Part shown: one piece after another, positions 17,470 through 31,000 of the stretch | Layout: every line of letters begins with the position of its first letter | Numbering within the stretch: the stretch's first letter is position 1 | Assembly: GCF_009914755.1 (NCBI RefSeq) | Contig: NC_060928.1 | Direction: 5' to 3' (one strand) | Source: the human T2T-CHM13v2.0 reference genome, Homo sapiens | Length of the DNA stretch: 64,000 nt | The notes under the pieces: generated by a model | Databases searched by the model: none | Told to the model about the DNA's origin: nothing | What the model saw: only the letters and a program-made list of their open reading frames with translations | Program-made: the position numbers and the translations under genes

Positions 17470-18772
17470 TTCCCCCAACAATCAGAGCACCTAAACGTAA
17501 AAAGCAAATATTAATAGATGTGAAGAGACAGGTAGACTGGAATATTGTAAGAGTAGAGTATTTTAGTACTCCACTTTTGACAATAGACTGGTTATCCAGA
17601 CACAATATCAGTAAAGAAATATTGATCTTGGACTACACTTTAGACCAAATGGAACTTACTGACATATACAGAGCATTCCATCTAACAGCAGCAGAATACA
17701 TACTTTTTCAAGCACATACAGAACATTCCACACTTAGATGATATGGTAGGCCACAAAATAAGTCTTTGAAATTCAAGACAGTTAGAATAACTTCAAATAT
17801 ATTTTCTGACCATAATAGCATGAAGCTAGAAGTCAGAAATAGGAAAAAATTTAAGCAAATTCACAAATGTGGAAATTAATCAACATGATCCTGCACAACC
17901 AATGGGTCAAAGGAGAAATTAAAAGCAAATTTAAAAAAAGTCTTGACACAAATGAAAATGGAAGCACAACATACTAAACTTTATGGGATGCAGAAAAAGT
18001 GGTACTAAGGGGAAAAGTTTTAGCAATAAATACCTACGTCAAAAAAAGAAAATCTCAAGTTAGCAACCTACTGTTACATCTTAAGAAACTAGAGAAAGAA
18101 CAACTAAGCTGAAAGTTAGTAGAAGAAAGGAAATAATAAAGATCAGTACATAAATGAATAAAATAGGGACTAGAATAACAATTAAAATAATCAACAAAAC
18201 TATGAGTTATTTTTAAAAGATAAGCAAAATTGACAAATCTTTAGCTAGACTAAGGAAACTAATAGAACACTCAAATAAATAAAACCAAGAATAGAGAAAG
18301 AGACATTACAGTTAATATCACAGAAATACGAAGAATCATTAAAAAACCCATTATGAACAATTATGCCCCAACAAATTGTATAACCTAATAGAAACAGTAA
18401 ACTTTGTAGAAGCATCCAACCTACCAAAATGGAACCATGAAGAAACAGTATACCTCAACAGACCAATCACAACTAAAGAAATTGAATCAAGGATAAAAAG
18501 TCTCCCATTAAAAAAAAAATCAGGACCTGATACCTTATTATTAAATTGTACCAAATATTTAAAGAAAAAGTAATACCAATCCTTTCCAAATTCTTCAAAA
18601 GAGTGAATAGGAGTATTTTCAAAATTACTTTGTAAGGCCAGCATTGCAGCATTTGTAAGGCAGCAAAGCCAGAAAAGAATACAACAGGAAAAGAAAATTA
18701 TAGGCCAGTGTTAGTTACAGATTAATGTAGATTCAAAAATCCTACACAAAACTAGTTCAAGAGCACACCAAA

Positions 18773-18890
18773 TTCAAGAGCACAATAAAAGAATCATTCA
18801 CCCTGATGATGTAGGAATTTTCCCTACGATTTAAGAGCACAATAAAAAAATCATTCACCATGATGACATAAGATTTATCCCTAGGAATCA
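18773..18890 (+). repeat. ~57-bp diverged tandem duplication in L1MA ORF2
   Basis: AAGAGCACAATAAAA..ATCATTCACC.TGATGA occurs at 18776 and 18833, with a further TTCAAGAGCAC at 18756. Confidence 0.85.
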
Positions 18891-18981
18891 AGGATACAGA
18901 AATGAATAAATGTGATGCCTCACATTACCAGAATGAAGAACCCAAACAAGAAGATCATCTTAATAAGCACAGAAAAGGCAT

Positions 18982-20043
18982 GGACAGACTTCATAATGAA
19001 GACACCAAAAATGTTTGCAACAAAAGTAAAAATTGACAAATGGGATTTAATTAAAATAAAAATTTTCTGGACAGCAAAAGGAACTAATAACAGAGTAAAC
19101 AGAAAACCAACAAAATGGGAGAAAACTTTTGCAAACTATGCACTGACAAAGGTCTAATATCCAGCATCTATAAATAACCAAATTTACAAGGAAAACAAAC
19201 ATAAAAAATTAGGAAAAGGACATGAACAGACACCATTCAAAAGAAGATATACATGCAGCCAACAATCATATTTATAAAAAGCTCAACATCACTGACCATC
19301 AGAGCAATGCAAATCAAAACCACAGTGAAATACCATCTAACACCAGTCAGAATGACTATTATTAATCAGTCAAAAAATAACATATGCTGGCTAGGTTGTA
19401 GAGAAAAAGGAATCCTTATACACTGTTGATGGTAGCGTAAATTAGTTCAACCATTGTGGAAGACAGTGTGGCAATTCCTCAAAGACCTAAAGACAGAAAT
19501 ACCATACAATCCGTCAATCCCATTACTGTGTATATACCCAAAGGAATATAAATCATTCTATTATAAAGATACATGCATGCATATGTTCATTGCAGCACTA
19601 TTTACAATAGCAAATACATGGAACCAACATAAATGTTTATCAGTGATAAATTGGATAAGAAAATGTAGTACATATACACCATGGAATACCATGCAGCAAT
19701 AAAATAAATACTGAGATCATATCTTTTGTAGGGACTTGGATGGAGCTGGAGACCATTATCCTTAGCAAACTAATACAGGAACAGAAAACCAAATACTGCA
19801 CGTTCTCACTTACAAATGGAAGCTAAATGATGAGAACACATGGACAGATAGAGGTGAACAGCACACCCTGGGGCCTTTCAGAGGATGGAAGGTAGGAGAA
19901 GGGAGAGAATCAGGAAAAATAACTAATGGATACTAGGCTTAATACCTGGGTGACAAAATAATCTGTACAACAAACTCCTATGACACAAGTATACCTATGA
20001 ACAAACCTGCACTTGTACCCCTGAGTTTAAAATAAAAGTTTAA
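18982..20043 (+). mobile_element. 5'-truncated L1PA13-like element nested in L1MA ORF2
   Basis: ORF2 end and L1PA12-14-type 3'UTR; TSD AAAAGGCAT at 18973-18981 and 20044-20052. The host reading AEKA|FDKIQ resumes after it. Confidence 0.9.
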
Positions 20044-22399
20044 AAAAGGCATTTGACAAAATTCAATGTCCATTTATTATAAAAATTCTCATCAAATTAG
20101 GTATAGAAGGAATAAAGCTCAATACAATAAAGACCATATATGACAGTCCTACACTAACATCATACTCAATGTTGAAAAATTGAAAGCGTTCTCTCTAAGA
20201 TCAGGCAAAATCATGGATGCCCACCTTCACCTATTCTATTCAACATAGTATCTGAAGTTCTAGACAGAACAATTAGGCAGGGAGGGAGGGAAACAAGATA
20301 TTTAAATAGGAAAGAAATAAGCTAATTTGTCTGCAGAAGGCATGATCTTACATATAGAAAACCCCAAAGGCTTCACCAAAAAACTGTTGAAACTGAAAAA
20401 CAAATTCACTAAAGTTGTATATTACAAAGTCAACATACAAAAATCAGTAGTATTTCTATACATTAACAGTGCACTATCTTAAAAATAATTTTAAAAGAAA
20501 TCCCATTTACAATAGCAAAAATAAAATACTTAGGAATACATTTAACAAATGAGGTTATACATTACAAACTATAAAATACTGATACATGAAATTGAAGAAG
20601 ATGCAAATAAATGGAAAAATGTCTCATGTTCAGGGATTGAAATAATTAATATTGTTAAAAAGTCCATACTACCCAAAGTGATCTACAGATTCAATGAAAT
20701 CCCTATCAAATGTCAAACGACATTTTTCATAGAAAATGAAATAATATTCAAATTTATGTGGAAAGAAAAAGACTCCTAATAGCCAAAGCAACTGAGCAGA
20801 AGGAACAAGAATGAAAATTGAGACATCATACTACCTGATTTCAGAATATGCTACAAAGCTATATTAATCAAAACAGCATGGTACTGGCATAAAAAGACAA
20901 ACATAGACAAATGGAACAGAATAGAGATCCCACAAATAAATTCATGTATTTATGTTTAGTCAATCTTCAAAAAAGATACTAAGAATACACCAAGAAAGCA
21001 AAGTGTCCTCAATAATTAATGTTGATAAAATGATTTGCACATGCAGAAAAATGAAATTTGAACCTCATCTTACAGCATATACAAAAATCAACTCAAAATG
21101 GATTAAATACCTAAATCTAAGACCTGAAATTTTTAAAATACTACAAAAATAAAGAGAAAGCCCCAAAACATTTGTCTGGGCAATAATTTTTTTGGACCCC
21201 AAAAGCATAGACAACCATAGCAAAAATATACAAATGGGATTACATCCAGCTAAAAAATATTCTGTACAGAAAATGAAACAATAGAGTGAAGAGACAATCT
21301 ATGGAATGGGAGAAAATACCTCCAAACCATACATCTGATACCAAAATATATTAGGAACTCAAACAACCTAATAGCAAGAAAACAAATAACCTTATTAAGG
21401 GCAAATAACCTGAATAGACATTTCTCAAAAGAAAACATACAAATGTCCACAGGTATATAAACAAATGATCAGTATTGCTAATCATCAGGGAAATGCAAAT
21501 CAAAAAACAATGAGATATCACCTGTTAAAACGGCTATTATTAAAAAGACAAAAGATAATCTTGTTGGTACGTATATAAGGAAAAAAAAACTCTTGCACAC
21601 TATTAATGGTAATGCAAATTACTACAGCCATTTTGAAAAACAATATGGAGATTCCTCAAAAAATTAAAAATAAAACCATTATGTGATTCAGTAACCCTAT
21701 TTCTACGTATATATACAAAGTATATGAAATCAGCATGTCAAAGAGATACCTGCATTCTCATGTTCATTGCTCATTGAAGCATTATTCACAATAACCAGGA
21801 TATGAAATTAACCTAAATGTCCATCAATAGATGAATGCATAATTAAGTTGGGGTACATAAACACAAGGGAATACTATTAAGTCTTATAAAAAGAAAATCT
21901 TGTCATTTGTGGCAAAAATGATAAACCTAGAGGACATTATGTTAAATAAACAAATAAACAAGACATCAAAAGACAAATATTGCAGGATCTCACTTATATG
22001 TGAAATTCAGAAAAGTTGAACTCATAAAATTTTAGAGTAGAATTATGGTTGCCAGGGTCTGGGGACGGGGAGGAGTTGGAAGATTGGAGAGATGTTGGTC
22101 AAAAGATACAAAATTTTAGTTAGAAGGATTAAGTTCAAGAGATTTATTGTATAGTGGGGCTACATTTGAAAACAATACATTGCATACATGAAAATGTTAA
22201 GCATTGTCTCCACACACAAAAAAGTATGTGAGGTAATGAATGTGTTAATTAGCTTGATTTAGCCATTCTACAATGTATATCAAAACATCATGTTGTATAC
22301 CATAAATATACAAAATTTTTATTTGCCCAATTAAAAATAAATAAATTAATTGCAAAAATATGACAGTCTGGGAGCAAATTTATCTTATCAAACTAAAGA

Positions 22400-22900
22400 A
22401 ATTGATAAATGATTTAAGGAAATATTTTCCTTTTAAAATTGATCTTATTGGTCTAAAAGTCTAAGTTCAAAAATACATCACAGTACAGAAAAAAACAAAT
22501 AGAGCTAGAAATCTTACAGGAAAAGAAAAAAAGAAACCTAATATAACAATAATATAATAGTATATGTCCAAATCTGTGACAAAATGAAGGTAGTGAAGAG
22601 TAAAACAATTAAATAATTATAATTTCTTAGTAAAAGAAAACATGAGTGTTAAGACTAAAAGTGCTCACCTATTTTCCATGTGAACTGGTGAAAAGTACAT
22701 ATGCTTAAGTCATATTATGGTAAACTTCTGAACCTAAAAGATAAAAAAAAGAAGTCCTTCAAGCTCCCTGACAGAAAGAATAATTAATCTTCAAAATAAG
22801 AACATGAAGTAGATCCTGTCTATCCTATCTGCTACTCTGGAATTTAGAATACTTTGTATACTTATCAATGAATAAGAATGATATCTAACATATTGGAAAG
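22400..22900 (+). mobile_element. Ancient L1M(E)-like ORF1 remnant
   Basis: A-rich; CATATTATGGTAAACTTCTGAACCTAAAAGATAAA...CTTCAAGC resembles the ORF1 HIIVKL..KDKEKILQA region. Confidence 0.45.
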
Positions 22901-24524
22901 AAAATACTATCTAAACAACAACAAAAACAAACTAAACTGAGACTTTATAGGGAATTTGAAAAATGGAAAGATCAATAGTAACAAATGAACATACAAACAC
23001 AGACAGGATATATGTGTCTTTCTACATAAGATCATATTTTAATGGGCTGATAGTTTGTCTGGGAACATAAAATATAAAACCTAGAGCAAAACAGAACACA
23101 CTGTGAGGAAAATTCTAATAGGTACTTTATATCTCCTAAAACCTAAGAGTTGGGCTAGGAGATGATTGAGATAAAAGTTTCCAAATTCTCTTTCGGATAG
23201 AGGAGAATGTAAAAGGAGAGAACAGGAGTTAGTATATTTTGAAGATCTCAACACATTTGGGTAGGAGGACTACAGGCTGGAGCAGTAGAGGGGAAATAGT
23301 GTTTTTCAGTGGTAAAAACTGTAGGCATCTTGTTTTTGAATAATGCTTTCATATATGTCTAAAAAGAACTAGGATAATGTAAGTAACTCCATATATAGTG
23401 GGGAGGCACAGGAGAGCATCTAAAGGGGATGAAGTAGGAATTGATACCATCTTGATCAAACAAAAAAATATAAGAAAAAGTGAAGAAGGAGGAAACATTC
23501 CTATTTTGCACATGAAGCCTTCCTGGAAGGTACTGAAAACCAAGAGGCAGTCTTAGGGGGTGGGTTACAGAGAAGCAATGTCTAATAGATGCCCCATCTT
23601 AGGCCTGGTAAGATGGCAATGCCCTTAATCTGAAGAACTACAGGTGGAAGACATACAGACATGAAGGCAAGGGAGCTCCGAAAAACCACAAAAATGTGAC
23701 AAGCAGTGGTTATGTAATAAAGAGGGGTTATCTCTGAAAATGTAGAGAAGAGTTTTTGTTTGAAATTGAAGCTTCTTCACTTTTCCAGCTTGAGCTCAAG
23801 AAGCTGGAAGTCTGTTATGCCACCTTTCCACCTTGGTCAAGCTTCCCAGCGTGGGAGAAATGAAAAAAGACAAGAAAAGTCTTATTTGACAAGTAACCAT
23901 CTGATATTGGTTTCTGTTAGGTTTGGAGATGTTTAATGCCAAAACCTTTTCAAGTTTAATCATTCCAGACCATTACCTCTTCTCTTTCTAGGTCACTCCA
24001 TCTAGTACCCTGACTGAAAATTATCAAAACTGAACGGGACTTAAATCCATTAGTTCTACTATCTTTTCAATGCATATTTAGTGCCTCCAGCTTTTTATCC
24101 AGTGCATACCCTGAAAAATACCTCCCAGGTAAATGTTTCTAAATACATCTTATTTGCAATATACAAACTTAATAGGTATATCTCTTAGTAAACTAATTTA
24201 CAGCTCTTTTTTTAGTGGAAAAATATATACTTATATTCCCCAAACTCAGTAAAACATTTTAAACAATGACAACAAAATATGTTCAGACAAATTTCAAGGT
24301 GCATTCCAAACATAATTGATAGAATGTTAGAATTATATATAAGTATATTGAAGATCAGTTTCTATATAAATGATATGCAAATTTAACACATTTCTACATA
24401 CAAAACAAGAGTTAATTATGGATAAGATAGGTAACAAGATAATTTGTTTCCTAAGTTAATTACATTTTAGGAAACTTTGTGGTTTTAGGGTTGACATATA
24501 ATTGTTTATAATTTTTCCCTTTTA

Positions 24525-24666
24525 TTTAATTAATTTATTTATTTAATTGGGAGACACGGTCTTGCTATGTTGCTCAGGCTAGTCTCAAACTCATGGGCTG
24601 AAGCCATCCTCCCATCTCAGCCTCTTAAAGTACTGGGATTACAGGCATGAGCCACCATGCCCAGCC
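24525..24666 (-). mobile_element. Free left Alu monomer (FLAM_C-like)
   Basis: Single Alu left arm with T-rich tail; TSD AATTTTTCC(C)TTTTA at 24510-24524 and 24668-24681. Confidence 0.88.
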
Positions 24667-25530
24667 CAATTTTTCCTTTTAATGAAATAAGATGTAGGCT
24701 AGCTTGGTTTGCTTTTTTGTACAAAACATCTGATTTTCAGAAATAGCTTACTATCTAAATGGGAGTTCTCACATTTCCTCACCACCTGGCACCCAATATC
24801 TAAGTTAATGCCACACATGTTAGGTTTCTATTATGGCAACATCTTCCGTTAAAGCTCAAATTTCTATGTTAGGGAAATGCTAGTTTCTGTGTTAAGAGAA
24901 TGCAACATCCTTGTTTAAGGCCCAAATTTCTGTGCTAGTAGGATGCTCGTTGCTATGAAAAACATGTGGGAAGGTTTTAATGATGAAAAAAGAAATTTTG
25001 CTGATTTTGCTATTACAACAATTACAGCCCTTGTCCTCTGGTGCTTAAGTGCCATCCCTTGGCCTCTATTATTTCAGATCCTCATCATCGCCTTTCCCAA
25101 GCTCTGTTACTACTTCTCCTAGTATAGGTTTTTAGTCTGCAGGGGAAAACACTACTGAATTTCTTAGTGATGCTGATGCCCCTCTCAAGCAGCACATCCC
25201 TGATATACCTCATGAACAATATATTATCTGGGCCCTACCAGAAATAAACCCCTCTGGTGGGTCTTGTGGCTTCACACAATATACACTTTCCAGCAGCCAT
25301 CCAAGAGCCATCAAATCAGTTAAGTTTGCATAATTCCTTTGGGTCCATGTCAGCAGGTGAATGTCACCAAAAGAGCTCACCGAAGTAAATTATCTATCCT
25401 TGTCCAATCCCATGCTAAGCCCATGCGTCCTCCATTAAGAAGCTCCAGAGGGCTAAAGAAGTTCCCAAGTGCTCTATGGTGGTTACCTAAAGATTCAAGA
25501 TGCCAGGAAAGTGCCTGTTGAGATATTAGA

Positions 25531-25897
25531 TGTCTTAGGCCCATTTTCTGCTGCTATAACAGAATACCTCAGATGAGATTATAAATTTATTTATAAAGAA
25601 AATACATTTATTTGGCTCATGGTTCTGGAAGCCAGGAACTTCAAGAGTATGGCTTCAGCATTTGGCAAGGGCCTTTGTGCTGTATTATCCCCTGGCAAAA
25701 AGGCAAATGAGCACAAGAAACAGAGAAAAGGGGGCAGAACTCCCATGATAACTAAGCTACTCTTAAAATAACAGCATGAATCCATTGATGAGGGCAAAGC
25801 CCTCATGATTTAATGACCTCTTAAAAATCCCACCTCTTAATAAAATGACAATGGCAATTAAATTTTGGGTTTTGGAGGCAATATTCAGACCAAAGCA
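25531..25897 (-). mobile_element. MaLR solo LTR (MSTC/MSTD-like)
   Basis: TGTCTTAGGCCCATTTTCTGCTGCTATAACAGAATACC ... ATTCAGACCAAAGCA termini. Confidence 0.85.
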
Positions 25898-26318
25898 AAG
25901 GGAAGTCCCAACAGGATGAGGCTATGGGATATTATAATTGAAGCTGTAGGGGAAATCAGCAAAGCCAGAGACCAAATAAAATTTACAACCAGCTGACAGT
26001 CTTCAAGCCATGTAGGATATGGATGGTGCCTGGTCAACAAAGAGCAATGGACAAGGTTTCTGGAAGCAATTAAGTCACTCAAAACACAGATCAAGTTGTG
26101 CACTAGCTGCCATCTCCAGCTCTGAGGCAGCTCAGAGCTCAGAGTCTGACCCAGACCCTAGCAGTGACGAACCACAACCAAGTTGCCTAAATGGCTTTTT
26201 ATGAACCAGGGTCCCTACTAACAACTTGAGGAAATGTCATCTCTCTTACGCTCAGATACTATTCAGGAGAGGAAGAAGGGAAGCTAGGACTTCAGGAGAT
26301 CAGAGAGACAGATATAAT

Positions 26319-26907
26319 TGAAACCGTCCCTATGCACTTGTAAAAATTAATTGGGGAAAGATGAAGAGAGAGAAACAAAAATAACCAAGCTCGCAGCACA
26401 CTCAACATTAATCATTAGGTCAGCTTGCTTTCTGACCTGCTTCTTCATAGTTGTTTGCTTCCTATGACCCCAGAATCACATAGACTTTTTCACAAGATTG
26501 TAGTTCCCCTTAATCTCTCTATAGATAACAACTTGAACATTGTAAAACATTGTTTTACATTTGACATATTTTTAGATCCTGCATACCAGTGAAACTACTG
26601 ACATCAATTGTCTGAGGGACCCCATGAGAAGCTGACTCACCAAAGAATGCAGTTTTCACATTCTAATGATTTCATCCCTCTTACCCTGATCAATCAGCAG
26701 CCTCAATTATCCAGTCCCTTGTACTTCATGATCCCTGTAAAAACTCCAGCTCAGAACTCCTCAAGGAGATGGATTTGAGGGCCCCTCCCATTTCCTCACT
26801 CAGCCATCCTGCAATCGTTAAACTCTTTCTCTATTGCAAACCCTACTCTCTCTGTACATTGGTCTATTACTGCACAGCAGGCATATGAACCTGTTGATCC
26901 TGTAACA
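26319..26907 (+). mobile_element. ERV1 solo LTR (LTR26-like)
   Basis: TGAAACCGTCCCTAT...AACCAAGCTCGCAGCACACTCAACATTAATCATTAGGTCAGCTTGC...TGTAACA, with a 4-bp TSD TAAT/TGAT. Confidence 0.82.
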
Positions 26908-27269
26908 TGATACACTTTGAAGGCATTGAATAAGTTACCCCAAAAGCAATCATTTAGGCTGAGAAAAAAATCCTAAACTGGAATTGAAGGACACATTTAA
27001 TCCTCATTATTCTTTTTTACTTATTAAAGAAATAGAGGTTTATCTGTAAGATTATATCCTTTATGAAAAATGAAGGAGGTTTAAAATCCTTTTGCTTTCA
27101 CATTTATTCATATTCCTACTTTTCTAAACAGACTTTTCTCAAATTCTTTTGTTTGTGTTAATCTGAGAGAGGAGGCTACTGAATAAGAAGAATGAATCTA
27201 TCATACTTAAATCTCTAACATCCATCCCATCCTTCTTTCACTGATTCAATCATATAGTTTTGGGAATTG

Positions 27270-27712
27270 ATTGCAGATTCAGGAAATGGTTCCTAATTAG
27301 TAAAGCCAGACACAGTACCCATTACCCTTGCTGGTAACTAAGAATCCAGGTCTATTATTGAGTGTTTCTCCCAACAATAGACAAATGACTTGTGCTAAAT
27401 TAGAATATGGGGGCAGGGAGATTTTATTCTAAGGATGTGAAAAAGGAGATATGTACACAAGAAGACATATAGTCCTTTGACTTATGGCAGCCATTTTATA
27501 AGCATGAGGATGAGTCTTACAAAAGCAATTAATATTGTGTAATGTAAACTGAAGGGATGGAGGAATCTGGGTGCTTAATGAGATGATTGAACTGCTGACT
27601 CTAACAGACTGGAAGCCAAAACAATATCTGAACTTTTTATATTTCCTAATTGTTTAAGTCAGTTTGTATCAGGTATTTTATTATTTGAATCCAGAAGCAT
27701 CCCACACCAACA
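27270..27712 (+). mobile_element. Old MaLR LTR remnant (MLT1K/L-like)
   Basis: GGCAGCCATTTT...CATGAGG and a TTGTTTAAGTCAGTTTG...TTATTTGAATCCAGAAGCATCC 3' end. Confidence 0.55.
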
Positions 27713-28183
27713 TAAAACATTTATTAGGCTCATGTGGCTGGTTTATTTTGTGTTCAGTATTATCTTAAATAGATACATATTTCAATTCAGTATCAAAGAA
27801 TTAACAGGAGTTAACAGGGCTTTTCTTGAAAGGACTACAGTAATAATCACAGTAGTAGTCAGCCACAGATGCCACATTTTGTAATTCTCTTATAAAGATC
27901 AGTGAATTAGTCTCCAATTTATTTTTTAAATTGAGGGATAGAGTGTTTTCTGGGATGAAAAACTATTATCTACTGACAAACTCACAGTAATCTTCAAACC
28001 CTCCCCTCTAGTAGAACAAATTTATTAAAAGAAAATGATTATCGTATAATGATATTACTCTTATAATTTTCATTTATATTGCTTGCTAAAAACCATGACA
28101 GAAATGTTGCCTCTGAAAATGCTTCTCTGTGCAACTCATTTGCAATACATAAAACTGGGCAGAAATCACCTAGAAGGCATCGT

Positions 28184-30411
28184 TGATATGGTTTGGCTGT
28201 GTCCCCACCCAAATCTCCCCACATGTTGAATTCCCCACATGTTGTAGGAGAGATAATTGAATCATGGGACCAGGTCTTTCTTGTGCTGTTCTGTGATAGT
28301 GAATAAGTCTTAAGAGATCTGATTGTTTTAAAAAGGGGAATTTCCCTGCACAGGCTTTCTTGTCTGCTGCCATATGAGATATGCCTTTCACCTGTCACCA
28401 TGATTGTGAGGCCTGTGGAATTGTAAGTCCATTAAACTTCTTTTTTTTGTAAATTGTCCAGTCTTTGGTATGTTCTATTAACAGGGTGCAAACAGACTAA
28501 TACAGTAAATTGGTACAAGTAGAGTGTGGTTGTGCTGCTGAAAAGATACCCAAAAATATGGAAGCAACTTTGGAACTGGGTAACAGGCAGAGGTTGGAAC
28601 AGTTTGGAGGGCTCAGAAGAAGATAGAAAAATGTGGGAAAGTTTGGAACTCACTAGAGACTTGTTGAACGGCTTTGACCAAAATGCTAATAATGATATGG
28701 ACAATGAAATCCAGGCTGAGGTGGTCTCAGATGAAGATGAGGAACTTGTTGGAAACTGAAGCAAAGGTGACTATTGTTATGTTTTAGCAAAGAAACTGGT
28801 AGCATTTTGCCCCTGCCCTGGAGATTTGTGAAACTTTGAACTTGGAAGAGATGATTTAGCATATCTGGTGGAAGAAATGTCTAAGTAGTAAAGTATTCAA
28901 GAGGTGACTTGGGTGCTGTTAAAGTCATTTAGTTTTATAAGGGAAACGGCATAAAAGTTCAACAAATTTGCAGGCTGACAATGCAATAGAAAAGAAAATC
29001 CCATTTTCTGAGGAGAAATTTATGCTGGCTGAAGAAATTTGCATAAGTAATGAGGAGCCAAATTTTAATTACCAAGACAATAGGAAAATATCTCCAGGGC
29101 ATGTCAGAGGTCTTCACAGCAGCCCCTCCCATCACAGGCCTGGAGCCTAGGAGGAAACAGTGGTTTCATGGGCCAGGACCATGATCTCCATGCTGTGTGC
29201 AGTCTAGGGTCTTGGTACCCTGCATCCCAGCCACTGCAGCCCTAGCTGAAAGGGGCCAACATAAAGATTAGTCTGTGGCTCCAGAAGGTGCAAGCCTCAA
29301 GCCTTGGCAGCTTCCATGAAGTGTTGAGCCTACCAGTGCACATAAATCAATAATTGAAATTTGGGAACCTCCACCTAGATGTCAGAGGGTGTATGGAAAT
29401 GCCTGGATGTCTAGACAGAAGTTTGCTGCAGGGGTTAGGCTCTCATGGAGAACTTCTGCTAGGGCAGTGCAGAAGAGAAATGTGGGGTTAGAGCCCCCAC
29501 ACAGAGTCCCTCCTAAGGCACCACCTGGTGGAGCTGTGAAAATAGGGTCACTGTCCTCCAGACCCCAGAATGGTAGATCCACTGATAGCTTGCACCATGT
29601 GCCTGGAAAAGCCATAGACACTCAATGCCAGACTGTGAAAGCAGACAGGAGGGAGGCTGTACCCTGCAAAGCCAGAGGGGCAGAACTGCCCAAGACCATG
29701 GGAACCCACCTCTTGCATTAGCATGACACAGATGTGAGACATGGAGTCAAAGAAGATCATTTTGGAGCTTTAAGATTTGACTGCCCAGCTGGATTTTGGT
29801 CTTGCATGGGGCCTGTAGCCCCTTCATTTTGGCCAATTTCTCCCGGCTGGAAAGGCTGTATTTACTCACTGTCCGTACCTCCATTGTATCTAGGAAGTAA
29901 CTAAATTGCTTTTGATTTTACAGGCTCGTAGATGAAAGGGGCTTGCCTTGTCTCAGATGAGACTTTGGACTGTGGATTTTTGAGTTAATGCTGAGATGAG
30001 TCACATGCTTGGGTTTGAAGTATGAGGACATGAGTTTTGGGAGGGGCCAGGGGCAGAATAGTATGGTTTGGCTGTGTCCTCACCTAAATCTCGTCTTGAA
30101 TTTCTACATGTTGTTGCATGGACCCAGTGGGAGGTATTTGAATCATAGGGGCAGGTCTTTCCTATGCTATTCTCATGGTAGTGAATAAGTCTCACAAAAT
30201 TCGATGATTTTTCAAAGGGGGAGTTTCCCTACTCAAGCTCTCTTCTCTAGTCTGCTACTATGTGAGATGTGCCTTTCACCTTTTGCCATGATTGTGAGGC
30301 CTCCCCAGCCACGTGGACTTGTAAGTCCATTAAAGCTCTTAAGCTCTTTCTTTTGTAAATTGCCCAGTCTCCGATACATCTTTATCAGCAGCATGAAAAC
30401 AGAGTAATACA
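28184..30411 (+). mobile_element. Complete THE1 (THE1B-like) MaLR provirus: 5' LTR 28184-28504, internal 28505-30058, 3' LTR 30059-30411
   Basis: TGATATGGTTTGGCTGTGTCC...TAATACA LTRs, internal start GTAAATTGGTAC, THE1-int ORF remnants (RGWNSLEGSEEDRKMWESLEL) and PPT GGGAGGGGCCAGGGGCAGAA. Confidence 0.95.
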
Positions 30412-30744
30412 ATTTGTACACAGAATTTTAGAAAACAAATATAATTGAAATACCTAATTATTTTTTAAGTTTAAATTTTCCAACAAAGTTGGAAAAAAAA
30501 AAAGAAGAAAAGAGAAAGAAAAAGAGACAATGAAAGATAAAGAGAATTACTTAGAAGATTTTGTGGGGGAGCACTAATAGAGGAAATAATGATATTTGTT
30601 TTCTGAAATGCTCCTTTATCTTAAAACAATTTATAATTTGTGGTTATTTTATTGAATAGATGTTATGTATGTTGTGAGGTGTTTGCAGACACATGTTTAA
30701 AAGATGTTTCTAAAAATGTGACTTGTACACTATGTTGTTAGCAT

Positions 30745-31000
30745 TTTAAAATTTTTAATTCACTTATAAATATTGCATCTATTTATGGAGTAAAATATGA
30801 TGTTTTGATATATGTATACATTGAAGAAAGATTAAATCAATACAATGAACATATTCATCACCTTATATTTTTGTGATGAGAATGGTTAAAATCTACTCTT
30901 TTAGCAATTTTGGATTATACAGTTCACTATTACTAACTATGGTCACCATGCTGTGCAATAGATCACTAATACTTATTCTTCCTCTCTAACTGACACCTCT
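30745..31000 (-). mobile_element. L1MA8/9-like 3'UTR fragment
   Basis: TTAAAATCTACTCTTTTAGCAATTTT...AACTATGGTCACCATGCTGTGCAATAGATC. Confidence 0.8.

Noticed and set aside
16888-17741. Cluster of overlapping Y/I/C/V/T/H-rich ORFs on both strands
   Set aside because: Translation artefacts of the TA/TG/CA satellite.
24770-26240. Possible old MaLR/ERVL internal sequence around the MST LTR
   Set aside because: Only vague similarity (AAATTTCT(A/G)TG.TAG repeated twice); I could not fix family or boundaries by eye.
28432-29760. ORFs of 70-110 aa in the THE1 internal region
   Set aside because: Frameshifted remnants of the MaLR internal ORF.
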